Notes: generated by a model not told the origin, from the letters alone. Shown: positions 23,666 through 38,110, counted from the first letter of the stretch. The stretch is 64,000 nt of DNA from Felis catus (GCF_018350175.1 NC_058368.1:27282001-27346000), one strand, 5' to 3'. Numbers and translations: made by a program.

Positions 23666-24894
23666 TATGTTTAACTTTTCCTTTATGAGTTCTTTATTCC
23701 ATTTCTAAATACGAAAAGGCTTGTCCCACCGTAGAAGTTGATACGTATTCCCAGTTTTCGGGGCCTCCGTTGGCTTACTTTTATCTTTTTTACCTTTCTA
23801 TCTTTCTTATCTTTTATCAAACATTCCATCCTTATGCATATTTCTATCCCATGTTTGAAGTATCTGTTCTGTACCCCTGATCTATCTTTATTCCAGCACC
23901 ACATTGTCTCAGTCCTTCCAGCTCCATGGAGTATTTATATGACATCTCTTATGCTCTTTTTACGGGACTGCATGGGTAATGCTTTGTTTCTTTCAAGGCA
24001 GTCACAGACGGCTGTTTCCTGCTCAGTTCACATGCAGCCGCCTCTGGAATTCTTCGGGGTGCCTGTGGAATGTGAGAGGCAGTCTTTACTGTCTCAGAAG
24101 GGGCTTAAAGATTATTTAGTGTAGCCTTCCTTCCAAGAAATCCCCTCTAAAATGTCTCTGACAGGATTATGGAGAGGCTGGATTTTACAAGCACTTGGCC
24201 TTCTCCCAAAGTTTCTGATATTTCTAAATGACCAACTACTCTTCCCATGTTTGTTAAAACTGAACTGACACCCAATCCCATTCTCCACCAGTACTTCTGT
24301 TTATTGAGAGATTAAAATTATCAGCAAAGGAAGGAAGGCACACATTTTTCACATCCTCTGCTTTTATCAGAAAGTTTTCCCGGGAAATCAGATCACCCAC
24401 CACTGTCCCATTGCACCTTTCTGATGTGTTATTGTGGCTTCCACAGTTACAGCTCTTCCATTTTCTTCCCCTCTACCGTCCCCCCCATGTTCCCACCATG
24501 ATTCCAGCCCCATGCTCATGAACTTGCCTGGCTACCTTCTTCCTGTCATGTGCTGCTTAAGATCATCGTATTGAATCAGTTTCTTTTATCTAAAATATAC
24601 CATTACGGTGTTTTACTCCAGCCCTAAATCCCATACTTCAATGTCTTGGTTTATCTATAGCATAATATTTACCTCCTTATATTATTGTTTCATGTTTATT
24701 TTATTCCTCCTCCTTTTAGTTTTGTGGAACTTTTAATTTTGTGCATTTCAACACTTTGTGCATTGATATAGATCTAGGTTTTCTAAACTGATCTGTTAGA
24801 ACACCAGTGCCCTGGGGTTGTTAGGTAAAGTGGATGTCATGTAAGTATTTATGTGGCCTAATAGCCAAGGCAAACTGTGGGTTTAAAATAGGTT

Positions 24895-25110
24895 GATTGC
24901 GGTTCAGTCATTTAAGTATCAGACTTCGGCTCAGGTCATGATCTCATGGTTCATTGGTTTGAGCCCTGTGTCGGGCTCTGTGCTGACAACTTGGAGCCTG
25001 GAGCCTTCTTCAGATTCTGTGTCTCCCTTTCACTCTCTCTTTGCCCCTCCCCCACTCACACTCTGTCTCTCTCTCTCTCAAAAAAAAAATTGAATAAACA
25101 TTAAAAAAAA
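24895..25110 (+). mobile_element. CanSINE with truncated 5' head
   Basis: ggttcagtcatttaagtatcagacttcggctcaggtcatgatctc..., CT tract, A tail. Confidence 0.9.
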
Positions 25111-25127
25111 TGAAAACAGGTGGGTTG

Positions 25128-25342
25128 CAGAGCACCTGGGTGGCTCAGTCAGTTGAGCATTGAACTCTTGGTTTAGGCTCAGGTCATGATCTCACAGTCC
25201 CCGAGGTCAAGCCCCACCCCACGTTGGGCTCCGTGCAGGCCCTGCGGAGCCTGCTTGGGATTCTCTCTCTCTGCCCTTTCCCCTGTCTCTGCCTCTTCAC
25301 CCCTCTCCCTCTCAAAATAAATAAACTTAAAATAAAATAAAA
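25128..25342 (+). mobile_element. CanSINE, older
   Basis: gcacctgggtggctcagtcagttgagc...gcctgcttgggattctctc, (TAAAA)n tail. Confidence 0.9.
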
Positions 25343-26792
25343 CACGTAGGTTGCTTTCTTTGTGAGTTTCTTCAAAGTCTTTACTATGCTCATATCCAGT
25401 GTATACTTTCAAAGAGTAGTATGTAGCATGCGGGCTTCCCCAAACTTAATTTAGCTTAAAAAAAAAAAATCTCTTGGCATCTCGTGAGACACCAGAATAG
25501 CCATGTAAACCAGATTTCTGCCGTCAGCTGGGGACATCCTTTTCCACTACCATCCATCTCTCCATGCTGTTTATGATACCCTGTCTATGACCTGGCACAC
25601 GGCTTGGGTTGTGTTTTCACTGAATAGTGTTACTACCTAACCTCGGTTTCCAAATAATTCCCTCGTGGTCAAGAGTTTGCCTAAAGCCTTCTTCCCAGTT
25701 TTCTCTGATCCGTGTTGTCACTTTCCAGGAGCCCCCGCCATGGGTGTCATCAGCCCAAATCCGGAATATCAGATCATGAGCTTTGACACCATCTGTGTGA
25801 CCAGCTGCTCCCTTCCTATATATCCCAGCTTCTTTTCCAAAGTTATGATCATCAGTTGGAAGAGTTGAAAACTCAGCAGCCGAGTCCCCAGTTTTTAAGT
25901 TTCTTGCCCAGGACTACGTGGGGGTTGGTCATATTTCCTGGGTATTCTCTGGCCATGAGCTTCTAGCTTACTTTTCTCTAAACTTCTTGAAATTTTATTT
26001 CCTGATCTCAAAATCTTCCAACACGATGGAAAACGAAAACAAAAGAAGACTCTGAGCATCATCGTTTAGAGAGCCTCGCTATTACACGCCAGGCTGTCTG
26101 TATCCCCTTAAATCATGCCCGTGTCAGGGAGTGCCACCAGTAACACGTGAAGGGACTAAAGAAAGGAAGTTTGCTGGCTTGAGTATTATTGTCCTCTTAA
26201 AAACAAGTACGTAGGACAGTTTATCAAAAGAAAGCCCATCTGCGTATCTCTCCTTAGCTGTCGTTGACTTTGATTGGTAGATATCTTTTACCCCAAATGG
26301 CTTGACATGCCATTTGTGTTATCTCAAATACGTGTTCTGAAAAGGCATCGCACGTCCCTATTAGCTATGGAAAGACTTTGTCCAAGACAGCGCCACACGC
26401 CTTATCATAAGGGATTAACTTAGAGCCCGTAAAAGACTTCTTCCCTCTTACAAGTATCTGTGAACACGGATTGTCCCTTGGCTCGCACCTGTTTCTTCTT
26501 TAAAAGCTCTGAGTTCACCGTCACTGCTTCTGTTACTGCCACTCGGAGAAGAGATCAACTTTAAAACTCATGGGGAGGCCAGGTTGGGCTACAGTCCTCT
26601 CTTTCCCCTCTTCCATTCGCTGATGCTTCCACTCGCTTTAATTCCTCTCTGCTGGCTCAGAATATTTTTTCCGCTTTCCTTCTTGGGTTGGTTAATCCTC
26701 CCAGGAACACCTTGATCCTCTTTAATATGCCCAGATATGAGGAGGCATGTGTTAAATCCTTTCATCTCCTGGAGCATTGCTCTTAACTGGGA

Positions 26793-27440
26793 TTTATTGA
26801 TCCAGACATTGTGCCAAATGCTGGGAATAGGGAGACAGAGACCTTTCAGCGCCTAGCGGGAGAAACAGAGAAGAGTGAATAAGCTAATAGAAATCAACAT
26901 GATGAGTGGCTCTGCCATGAGGAGATAAAGGGTGCTATAGGATGTCACCGAAGAGTGGTAAGCAGGGACTAGTGCGATTAAAGTTGCATTTTAACGGAGA
27001 ACTATTGTAAGTCCTAGAGAGAATGGATGGAGTGTGGAATGGTTGGTGGCAGGGAGGTCAAAGGACCGTAGCAGTTACGCAGATGCAAGGTAATAATGAC
27101 AATAATAATCATGGAAGCGGAGATGGAGAGAAGTGAAGGGACCCATGAGACATTTGATTCTAGAAACAATAGGAATTGATGACTGAGTCCTCAGAATGTT
27201 AGGGGAGTCATCAGCAGTGATTCCAGTTTGGGAAATCGTGTAAAATGGTACGGTCATGTGCTGAGACGCAGAAGGCTGGAAGAGAACAGGTTGCAGAAGA
27301 TGGCAAGATTCTTTTTGCATGTGTTGAGTTTGAAGAACCCATGGAAATGAAGTGTGGTGAGCAGTTAGATCTGAGGGTCTAGAGCTAATGACAGAAGGGG
27401 AGACAGGGATGTGGCTTTGGCAGTCATAGGACAAGGACGG
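26793..27440 (-). mobile_element. L2 fragment
   Basis: tttattga...cagacattgtgccaaatgctggga... through tttgcatgtgttgagtttgaag...tgagcagttagatctg. Confidence 0.6.
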
Positions 27441-27758
27441 TCATTGACTCCTTTCTCCCCCAGTCATACTTTTGCTGTGAAATTATGCATAAGCCCTCAG
27501 CTGCTCATGCAGGTATCGGTCTAACCTACAACTGAGTCTCCAAGTATCTACTTCCTCTGTTTCCTCTCTTTTGACCCACGGGATTCGTATCCATTGGTGG
27601 GCTCCAAGGTTTGCAGTTAGAGAGGTAGTCAGAGGTTTAAAAAATGTCATCTAAGAATCTATTCCTGAAACCATCTCATCAGTTTACAGAGACACTCAGA
27701 TGGTCTTTCTGTTGATAAACCGTCCTACATACTTGTTTTTAAGATGAGGCTAACACTT

Positions 27759-27983
27759 GGGGCGGCTGGGTGGCTCAGTCGGTTAAGCGTCCAATTTTGG
27801 CTCAGGTCGTGATCTCGCAGTTCGTGGGTTCAAGCCCCGCGTCGGGCTCTGTGCTAACAGTTCGGAGCCTGAAGCCTGCTTCGGATTCTGGTCTCCTTCT
27901 CTCTCTGTTCCTCCCCTGCTCACGCTCTGTCTCTCTCTCTCTCTCTCTCAAAAATAAAGTTAAAAAAAATTTTTTTTAAAAAA
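27759..27983 (+). mobile_element. CanSINE
   Basis: Head, CT tract, A tail. Confidence 0.92.
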
Positions 27984-28459
27984 GAGGAGAATAATACTCA
28001 AGCCAGCAAACTTCCTTTCTTTCGTCCCTTCACACATTACTGGCGGCACTCCCTGACACGGGCATGATTAAGGGGATACAGATAGCCTGGCGTGTAATAG
28101 CGAGGCTCTCTAAACGATGATGCTCAGAGTCTTCTTTTGTTTTTATTTTCCATCTTGCCGGAAGATTTCTCATTATCAAACATCAGAAAACAAAGAGGGC
28201 CCTCGACTTAGATTTCACAATTTATGTACCCGATTACATGTATTCCTGACAGCTCAGTTGCACATTCCACAGTTATCTACCCTCTCTTCCCCAGGACATT
28301 AGAACAGTACATTGGTATGTCCCCTCATTCCCCTACCGTATTGCAGAAGGCTCAAAATGTACAACACATTTTACAAGGCCCTAGAGAAACAGCAGTTTAT
28401 ATGATAGACAGGCGACATTCCTGTGGAGCATTCATATTTTTTAAAGAAGCAGATGCGTA

Positions 28460-28820
28460 AATGCCTGTTTCACGACAACAACAGTGGGGTGTTACAGTAA
28501 GAGGGATTGGGAGCCCAACTTCGCTTGGAGGCATTAGCGGCTATTCAGAAAAGTCCCTCCAAAGAATATTTAGGCTAAGGGCCCAAAGATGAATTCGAGC
28601 TTCCCAGGTAGCAGGAGGGAAGAAAAGGGGAATCCGGGAAGCTGAGAGAATTCTAAAAGTTTATATAAAATGCCCCGTGCAAAGGCCTGGGGCAAGAGGA
28701 GCTTGGCTCTTGCAAGGAGATGAAAATGGGATGTGTGTGGGCATACATCCAAAAGACTGCTGGAAGTCCAGAAAGAGATGAATGAAGTAGACGGCCTGGA
28801 TATACGCACTTGGGGCCAGA
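28460..28820 (-). mobile_element. L2 fragment
   Basis: attcagaaaagtccctccaaaga...gtgcaaaggcctggggcaagaggagcttggc. Confidence 0.5.
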
Positions 28821-30349
28821 GTACCGAGCACCTCCCACCCGCCAGGCATTGAGGGGTGCCTCAAGTGCTGAGGGGAAACATGGCTGTCATCCGTCCTAGG
28901 GCTCTCATCCCGGTGCTCGGTACATGACGTGTGTGTCTACGGTATTTCTGGAGATGAGCGAATTTGTAGCAAATTGTTTCCAAAAAATATTTGCTTCTTC
29001 CTGTGCTGTGTGCTATATAAGGTAATTAGTATCGCTTAAAACGAATCAAGGCTTGTCCTCAAATCACTCTCCACAAGTGACAACAACGTGTATCTTTGTT
29101 GACTAGAGATGCCTTGAAATGAAAGTCCTTTTCAAATGCTTGCCTAACATGATCTAGTCATTTGAAGTGTAGTCATTTTTCTCCCCCATGCAATGAAGCA
29201 CATAAATCCACTCGCTTTGTAGATTGACTTTTTCCGAATTATGAATGTGTAATTCTGTTCTTCCTGTCTATGCCACAACAAATATATATTTTTTTGATTT
29301 TATACTAGTTTCCATCTCTTGATTAGCTTAGTCCTTATTTGGTCTGTCATACCCTGGTATACGTGCTACCCAACTAACTCAACCAGCCTTTTGAACTACA
29401 CTGGTCACTTTCTTACCCTCTAGACTAAAATTAGAGAAAAATATTTTTAAAGAACTGTCTGTATTTACATATGCATAGGTATAGTAACTATATGCATATT
29501 ACATGCAAATATACAACATGAAGATGTGCATATACATCACAAACACACACATTCCCTAATTTTCTTGGTTTCCTTTTCTTCCCCTAGAATAGAGATGCTT
29601 TCGTATCTTTAACGGCAACATGAGCTAAAGGGAAATATTTGCATTCCATAATGGAAAACGGATTGTCTCCTGCCCCCATAGTAGACATTCTAATGCAGCT
29701 GGAATCAGGAAGAAAGATCAAACAGTTAAATTCCTGTATTAAAATTAATTTGTATGTTCCTATCCAGCGTGCACACACATACACACATACAGGCACATTA
29801 GCATATATTGCATTTTTGTTTTCAGTTAATGTCAAACCCTTTTATTTGTAAGTATGGAATCATTGTGTAGTGACTTCTCATTTACGCCTTGTTTCCTTTT
29901 ATTGGGCTGGGCCTTATCATTTACTGTGTGTTACACACCATGTTGTTGAGTGGTAGATATATTACACTGTGCACTTATATAACTAGGCTATCGTTTATCT
30001 AATAGACTGTGCTAGGCTATACATTTATATGGGCAAGAATCGTATGTTTCATCTTTGTCTTTCCTCTATCATCAAATACAGAGATGGGTGCTCAGTAACC
30101 ATGTAGTGGAATGCATGTCTGGGTGGATTCATTTATATAAATAACCACATAAAGATGTATACATTTTGGAAAAGTTACTTTTACCTGGTCCTTAGACTGT
30201 TCTAAAGTATAGCTTTTATGTTTTTAATCATGGTTAGAGATGAAGGGTAGCCACGACCATCAGCCCCTTATTTGACATCTGTGATTTATTTTTCGAGTAA
30301 TTGGGCATCATCTTTCCAGATTATTCTCTTCTTCTTTTTTTAAAAAAAA

Positions 30350-31296
30350 AAATGTATCTTCCCCATCTCTCCTTATCATGCTTATGCTTTCATTGACCTT
30401 CTTGTACATATGGATGGAGTATATGATAGCTGTTTTAGTGCACTTATGTACTAATTCTGTTGTCTGTGATCTTTCTAAGTGTCTTTCTGTTGGTCCTCAT
30501 GATAGATCATATTTTCCTGCTTCTTTGCATGCCTAGTAATTTTTCGTTGGATGCCAGACATTGTAAATTTTACCTTGTTAGGTGCTGGATTTTTTTTTTT
30601 AATTTCCTTAAATATTTTGGACATTTGTTCTGAGATGCCATTAAGTTCCTTAGAAATACTTTCATCCTTTCAAGGCTTGCTTTTTCGCCTAGGTAGGTGG
30701 GTCCGGAGCAGTCTTCAGATAGACTAAAGACAATTTATGCCACTTCTGAGGCAAGATACTTCTAGAAACACTACTCTGGTATATTAAGAGTTATCCTCTC
30801 TGGCTACTAGAGACTGGATCTGTTCTCAGCCCTTTTGTGAGCCTCAGAATCAGTTCCACCTGCTCCTTACCCACAGTTTTTGCCTCAGTCTTGGAACCTC
30901 CTTCGCAGACCTGATCAATACTCAGCCAAAGACTTGAAGGGAACATTCTGAAGATTTTCAGAGCTATCTTTCTGGTTAGGGCCTTTCTCTGCAGTGCTCT
31001 TCCCTATAATTTCCAGCTGCCTTGGCCTCCCAAACACTGAAACTAAGGTATACCTCTGCCTCTGTTTGGGTTTCTCGTGCTTGAGTTAAATCCTGGAAAC
31101 TTTCTAGACAGTAGACGGGGACAATCATAGCTTTTACTGTACCTGTCTCCCTTCTCTCAATAATCATTGTTCTGTACTTGATGTTGTCCATTGCCCAAAA
31201 ACTGTCATTTCATATATTTTGTCTGACTTTCAAGTTGCTTCAAGCAGGAGAATAAATTCTATCGCTGTTACTTCTTCCTGGCTGGAAACAGAAGTT
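30350..31296 (-). mobile_element. Old L1M-family 5' region
   Basis: ttttcctgcttctttgcatgcctagtaattttt...ggatgccagacattgtaaattttaccttgttaggtgctggat...ctgttacttcttcctggctggaaacagaagt; collinear with parts of 54200-55672 in this window. Confidence 0.75.
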
Positions 31297-31315
31297 TTCA
31301 GACAAAGTCTTTTTA

Positions 31316-31317
<2 letters not shown>

Positions 31318-31356
<39 letters not shown>

Positions 31357-31378
31357 TGCGCGTGTGCGCACACGCATG
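31318..31378. repeat. (TG)n(CG) microsatellite
   Basis: Seen directly. Confidence 0.95.
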
Positions 31379-31454
31379 CCCTAGGGACATAAACAGCATA
31401 AATCTCTGGCTATGATATGAATGACTTTTGTAGGGATGCTGAAAAAGGTGGTAA

Positions 31455-31670
31455 TAAACCCACCAATTCCTGAACACCTAATATGTACCAAATTCAGTAA
31501 ACATCTAGCTTCATTTAATCCTCTGCTAGCTAAATATTATTAACCCCATTTCATAGATAAGGGAACTGAGCTTGGGTGATGTTAATTAACTTACCCCATG
31601 TTATTCACTTAGAGGGAGGTAGTGCTGGAATTGAAATACAGGTCTATCCACCTAAGCTGTTTCCACTATA
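31455..31670 (-). mobile_element. MIR
   Basis: tcatttaatcctc...tattattaaccccatttcatagataagggaactgag...ttaacttacccc. Confidence 0.75.
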
Positions 31671-31900
31671 TCAGAATTTGGAGAAAAATCACTGAAGCAA
31701 GATTTCCTAGATTTTTGTCTCAGGCCAGCACTCTCTTTACACTTACAAATATCTTAGGCGGAAATATATCGTTGGGGGGGGGGGGGAGGAGGAGGAGGAA
31801 TCATAGAGATTTTTTTGTATCACATTAAAACTTTAAAATAGCAATTATTTAATTTTTATGCACATCATTTTTCATGGTACTTAAAATCCAGAGATTTCCA

Positions 31901-32117
31901 GGGCACCTGTGTGGCTTAGTTGGCTAAGTGTCCAACTCTCAATTTCAGTTCAGGTCATGATCTCACAGTTGGTGAGATCAAGCCTGGTGATGGGCTCTGT
32001 GCTGACAGCACGGAGCCTACTTGGGATTCTCTCTCCCTCTCTCTCTCTGCCCCTCCCCTACTCATGTGCACATCCTCTTTCTCCCTCTTAAAATAAATAA
32101 ACATAAAAAATAATAAT
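31901..32117 (+). mobile_element. CanSINE
   Basis: Perfect 17-bp TSD aaatccagagatttcca at 31884-31900 and 32118-32134. Confidence 0.93.
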
Positions 32118-32679
32118 AAATCCAGAGATTTCCATTAAGCCTCATGAGTTTAGGACTTATGGTCTGGTGATCTGGAATTGGTACTAACATTTAACCAGGA
32201 ATAGCTTGGTAATATAAAGTAGACTGCTATGGATAAGACCAGGTAAGTGACCTGCCCCTAGCTAATGTCAGTAACCAAAAATGATCATAAATATGGGGAG
32301 ATTATATACATTTCAGTCTAAAGGCAAGTAAGAAGGTTTTCCCAAAGGAAAAAAATGACTGAGAAACTCAGCAGTTAACACAGATTAGATGGGCTTGAGT
32401 CAACTTAAATATTCACTCTTTGGGAATAACAGAATGCAGAGCAGGTGGGAGCTGGGACACACAGTCCTATAAGATTGTGGTAGAGCATTGGAAAGGGGGT
32501 GGATCGTATGGAAAGAGCTGATGAGGGCAAGCGGGGAGTTGGAAGGGTTAGAAGGTGTGAAGGAGAAAAGGGCATTAGCCAGTAACATAAATAGGGACCC
32601 TTTCCATGGTATTTGCAAAAGAAAAATTATTTTCCCTGCAAACTGATGAACTGTCCCTGCAAGAGGCAGATGGTGACTT

Positions 32680-32810
32680 TGAGCCCGATGTCTTGGGTTT
32701 GAGTCCAGGCTCTTTCCCTTGGCCATGTCACCTTGGGCAAATTACATTTAACCCCCCTGAGTTTGTTTGTCTATAAAGAGAGACATAATGGTATCAACAT
32801 CAGAGAATTT
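32680..32810 (+). mobile_element. MIR
   Basis: tgggtttgagtccaggctct...ccttgggcaaattacatttaaccccctgagtttg. Confidence 0.65.
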
Positions 32811-33515
32811 TAGCTTCCAGCATCTGATGATACAAAGTATGGGCCATACTGTAGGGATCCAGATATGTTAGCTACCTTGCCCCTTACTGGACAGCAGTTA
32901 GGGAGGAGCAGGGAAGGAGAAAAGAGTGACTTTGGATGACTCCATATTGAAATGCACTGAAAAAGGAAGATTTGGCCCCTGTGAAAAACTGGTTCCCTTG
33001 TCCTGATTTTCCTGTGTCCTAGGAGCAGTGACAACCATTCTCCTCTACAAGACATGTGGAGGCACCCAGAACACACCCATAAATTGTAGCTCTATGAGTA
33101 TTTGAGTATTATTCTTTGAGTGTTACTCAAAGTATTTTCCACTGATCATCTGTGTCATTATTCCCTGAAACGTAGATTTTAGGGCCACTTTCAGACCTTC
33201 TGAAACATGAGGCCCTGGAAAGTACAAATGAAAATTTGAGAACACAACTCCTTGAAGGACTTTGGGATCTACGTTGGTGGGAGAAGAAGAAAATACCCCA
33301 TTTGGCCTAGAAATGAGCAGGGAAACTTGTTTGATACTAAATTTCTGTGGTCTTAACTACAATGTCGTTTTTACAACTGAAAATGTTTTTATAAAGTAGC
33401 TGAGACTAAAAGTACCTAAATGGTAGCTGCAGATGCAAATTTAAAACTCATATGTTGAGTATCTACAATGCTCAAGCACTGTGCATAATCTCATTTAATC
33501 AGACTTCATCTTGAT

Positions 33516-33765
33516 GGGGCTCCTGGGTGGCTCAGTTGGTTGAGCATCTGACTCTTGATTTCAGCTTAGGTCATGATCCCAGGGTTGTGGAATCGAGCAC
33601 CACAATGGGCTCCGTGCTGAGCACCCAGCCTACTTAGGATTCTCTCTCTCTTTCTCTCTCTCTCCCCACTGCCCCTCTCCCCCACTTGAGTTCTCTCTCC
33701 CTCTCTCTCTCTTTATTTCTAAAAAAAAAAAAAAAACAAAAATAAAACAAAACAGAATAAAATAA
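33516..33765 (+). mobile_element. CanSINE, older
   Basis: TSD aatcag(a/g)ctt(c/t)atcttga. Confidence 0.92.
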
Positions 33766-36489
33766 AATCAGGCTTTATCTTGAAGAAGATGTCTTGGGCG
33801 TTGAGACACATATCCTTGAGCTATAATAAACTGCACTTTCCTCTTCGTCAGAGATATCTGCTTGTTATCACAGAAGTCACAGTTTTGACCTTGGAGTTTT
33901 ACTTCGGAAAGTTTATGCCTGTGGGGCAAAGGGATACTTTATTCTGAAGGGGAAGGAGAAATACTATAGTCTTCAAGTTCGCTATGTCTTCCAGCCACAA
34001 GGGCGTCTTTAAAGAAATATTCCTCCCCTTCCTGGATGGGACTCTTGTGACCTCCATCAGTTAATGCCTCCTAGTCATTTATTCTATCTCAGCAGGAAAA
34101 ATAAGCCTCAACACTCTAATGTGAGGCAGCTAAAGCCTCCACAGGGGACCCTCACACAGAGTGAATCATTGCTGACGAGGTTCTAACCAGAGACATTTTT
34201 ATGAGCTGTGCAATCACTCAAAAATGCTCATTTTATATTTTCAAAACTTCGTGGCCTCTATCTCGGAAACTGTGTATTTGAGAACATCTTTTTGAAGTTG
34301 TTCATCCCCAGCTGTGAGAAAATACTGCCTAGTCATGGGTTGGGGAAAAAAGCAATTGAGAGAAATAATAGAGGAAGGCGATGATTTCATCCTTGTCTGG
34401 ATATCTATGTCATCCTCACTGGGACTTGGCTAAGAGAGAGGCAGGCCAGAGGCGCTGTGGGTCGCAGGAAGGAGGAAGGAGCCCAGGGGGTCACAGGCCC
34501 TTACTGGCCAGAGAAAACCAGGAAGGGCACAACGGTGTAAGAGAAGCATATGGGAAACAGAGTTCCGGGGCCCTGGAGGCTTGGTGTTACTCTTCCTCCG
34601 CTCTGTCTCACGGTGGCCACGTGACCATGGGCCAGTCGCACAGATTATGAGGGCCTTGCTATGCCCAACTGTCAAAGGAAGGTGTCTGGGGTTCCTTAAT
34701 GCTCTGAAATCCTGTAATTCAGGAAAACCCTAAAAATCAGGAATGTGAGACATTAATATGCGCAATGCTAAAGTGACTAGCATCCAGTTAATATCTTGAG
34801 GAAATAAAGCAGGATAATAACTTTGAACAGGAACCGCAGGAAGAGTATCTCTATAATTAAGGTGATCTTTTTTGGTGGAGATGGTGTTTTTTGTTTGTTT
34901 GTTTGTTTGTTTGTGTATTTGTTCCTTAATGGATCCAGAGAGCACCTGCAGAGTTAATCACACACGTAGCCACCCGAGTCATGTAGGAGAATCATCGTAA
35001 GGAACTTGAATCTTTCTAGGCTTTAAAGAAACAAGTTGCAAGAGAGGGCAAGACATACTCCTACCAGTGTCAGGGCCTTTGACGCAGCAGTGGCATCTGC
35101 GGAATAACCAGTAACCGAAGGCAAACAGGAAGCTGAGCAAGAGTGTAGATGCTAGAAATCGGAGAGTCTCAGTTCAGTCAAGCTCAGGAAGGATGTGAGA
35201 CGTTTCATATCTGCTCTTCCTGTCAGTGTAAAGGAATGGGCCAAAGACCATGTGAGATCTTAAGTGAGCGGTCTTGTTTGTTTTTACGTGTAATTCCAAA
35301 TCTGCTTCGTGAATTCATAGTTCCTTCGAGAAAATCGGGGGACTTCGTAAAAATAAGAGGAGGAAGGATGCAGGAATGTGCATTTGCTCACCTACCTCTC
35401 TCGTTGCAAAGCTCTTGCTGTTCCCCAGAGCCTGTGCTCAAACCGAGGAAAAGAGCCAGCGCAACATCTGTTCCTTGCTTTGCTAAGTCAGTGTGTGATG
35501 GGTCCTTCTTTGAATGAGTAAATTAAGTGGTCTGTTTTAAACAGCCTCCTGCTGGGCTGCATGCTTAGGAAGGAAAAGTAAATAAGGCCACGCTTATTCC
35601 CGTCATGTTCACGAGAACCTGAAAACAAGACTTGGGGCAAAATAACTGAAACACGGATAATTAAAAATGTGGTATGATATGGCATCCGTTACATGGGAAG
35701 ATGATAACACCAACTCAGTAGAAATAAGATTTGGCAGTTAGAAAGGTCTTGAATAGTAGCCTATCATTCTGATATTTAGTGTGTAATTTTTCTGAGAGAT
35801 TTCAGATAGGCTATTTCATTTAAACCTTAATAATTTGCTCTACAGTGGCAGGTGTGTCTTACACAGTTCCCGTGCTCATGGCAGACGTTGCTAACGTGAT
35901 TATCAGCCTTCTTTCCTACCGTAGTAGGCTATGTCCTTATATCCCAGCATGGCGCCCCAAACAGCCGACACCAGTAGAACGTGAAGGAGACTTTCTGCTA
36001 CCCCTGATCTTTCATTTTATGGATGAGGAGATAAAGGTCTGCAGAAGGTCTAGTTAAGTTCTACGGAACAATGTATCTTGACTGTTTCCTCCAGTTTTGA
36101 TAGGCTTGAGAGGAAGACCTCAGGGTCTCTTGCCTATCCCCTTCCATGCATGGCGAAGAACATGCCAAGTTTAGGAGTGCCCTCATACTTTTCATTGAAG
36201 GAAATTGACTGGTTATAAGGGAAGACAACTAAACTCTAACCTTGGCTGCTTATGCAGAAGAGTTAACAGTTTTATCATTTTCTGGAAGAACTCTGTACTT
36301 TGAAGGAAAAGCCTATTAATAATTTCACACGGCAACCGACATATTGGTAAAATTAATGAAGCACGCTCATTTCTTCACATTTAGAATCAGTCTCCTTAAC
36401 TTTTCTTTGTTTCGTTTCTCATTCTTGTTACTCTCTTTTCCCTTTGAGACCATGCGCATTCATCCTTTCCTTAAGGTCTGTTTATCCAC

Positions 36490-36600
36490 CCGCCATCCAT
36501 CCATCCATCCATCCATCCATTCTTTCTTCCCTTCCTTCCTTCCCTCCTTTCTCCCTCTCTTTTCTCTGTTCTCCTTTATTCCTTTCCTTCTTTCCTTCCA
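36490..36600. repeat. (CCAT)n/(CTTC)n pyrimidine-rich tract (probable expanded L2 tail)
   Basis: Seen directly; adjoins the antisense L2. Confidence 0.8.
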
Positions 36601-38110
36601 TACTTGTTGGTCACCTTTCACTGTGAGAACTAAAGTTATTTCTATCTCGTGGAGGTCATACTCTGACAGCGGAGAAAGATAATAAACACCTTAATACATA
36701 TATATTGTAAATTGTAACAATTACTATGAGGGACTAGTAGGATACCACAATGGTAGAGAACACGGGGGGGACCCACCATGGATCTTAGTACAATCAGAAG
36801 AAGTTTTCCTCTGGAGACAAAACCCCAGCTCAGATGGCTGAGGGTGAGAAGGAGCCAGCTCTGGAAAAGAGGGGAAGGAAGAGTGTCTGAGAGGGTGCTA
36901 AAGGCAGGAGGGGTTTGACTTGCTTGAAGAACTACTGCAGGGCCAGTTTAGCGGATGGGATGGAGACTGGTGTGAGAGGTGTTTGAAGATGGGGTTTGAG
37001 GCCCTGAGAAAGAATTTGGACTTAATTCTAAGATGAACCGAAGGTCACACGTTCACTCGCTCACCCAACAGAGGGATCCCATGGTTGAATTTGAATGTTA
37101 AGAGAGAATGGACCTGAGATGGGATGGAAGTGGAAACAATGGAGTCATCAAAGAGGGCAATGCAAGTCTGGGCGCTGACTCCAGTGTGGCTTCAAGGAGG
37201 AGGATGGTAGTGAGGTCGAAGAGAGGAGGACATATCTGTGACATATTTTTGAGGTTGAGGCCTCAGGACTTCCTGATTAGATGAGAGAGGAAGGAGAGAG
37301 AAGGGAGAATCAAGTTGAATCGCAAGTTTCCGGGTTTGGCACAGCTGGGTAGATGGCGGCGGCATTTCCCGAAATGAGCCACACAGGAAGAGCAGATATG
37401 GGGAGTATCACAGTCAGATCTACGCGTCTGGGGTTTGTGCTCCTGCGAGCAATCTAAGTGGTGATGTGAAGGAGGCAGATATTCATGCCTGGCACTTGTG
37501 TGCCAGACTTCTACAAACACACGTATCTGTGTTTGTCCACATGTAGAACATGGTCTGTGTTCTACACCATGTATATGAGGGAAGTGGCATAAAGATAAGA
37601 CAGGGAGGCAGGTGTAAGAGCAGGTTTTGAATTTGAAATTCAGGAAGAAGATGGGGGCGCCTGGGTGACTCAGTCAGTTAAGCGTCCGACTTTAACTCAG
37701 GTCATGATCTTGTGGTTGGCAGGTTCGAGCCCCACGTCGGGCTCTGTGCTGACAGCTCAGAGCCTGGAGCCCGCTTCCGATTCTGTGTCTCCGTCTCTCT
37801 CTGCCCCTCTCCTGCTCGTGTTCTGTTCTCTCTCTCTCTCTCGCAAAAATAAATAAACATTAAATTTTTTAAATTAAAAAAAATAAAAAATAAAGTTTGG
37901 GAAGAAGCCATAAGGGGCTTGAAAAGAAGGAACAGCCAGAAAATTAGAAGGAAAACAGAAATGCGCAATATCGTATGAGCCAGTATCTTGGCCACATCGT
38001 AGAAAGATTGATTGCTTCTGAGAGGTCAAGTGAAAAGACTATAGTGAGGGAGATCATTTGGGTAGAGTTGTGGAGGCAGAAACCAGGTCTGGGAGTTAAA
38101 GATTGAATGA
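36600..38110 (-). mobile_element. L2 fragment(s), interrupted by the SINE at 37653
   Basis: aatcagaagaagttttcct...aagaatttggacttaattctaag...attgcttctgagaggtcaagt. Confidence 0.6.
37653..37894 (+). mobile_element. CanSINE
   Basis: Head, CT tract, A-rich tail. Confidence 0.93.

Larger units (their letters stand above)
24775..25500. mobile_element. hAT-Charlie-type non-autonomous DNA transposon split by two SINEs
   Basis: Left part ttttctaaactgatctgttagaacaccagt...aaactgtgggtttaaa and right part ttctttgtgagtttcttcaaagtctttactatgct...ttccccaaacttaatttag resemble one recalled MER-type hAT consensus; exact family not determined. Confidence 0.5.

Noticed and set aside
33114..33132. Inverted repeat ctttgagt-gtt-actcaaag
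   Set aside because: 8-bp arms are expected by chance in 64 kb.
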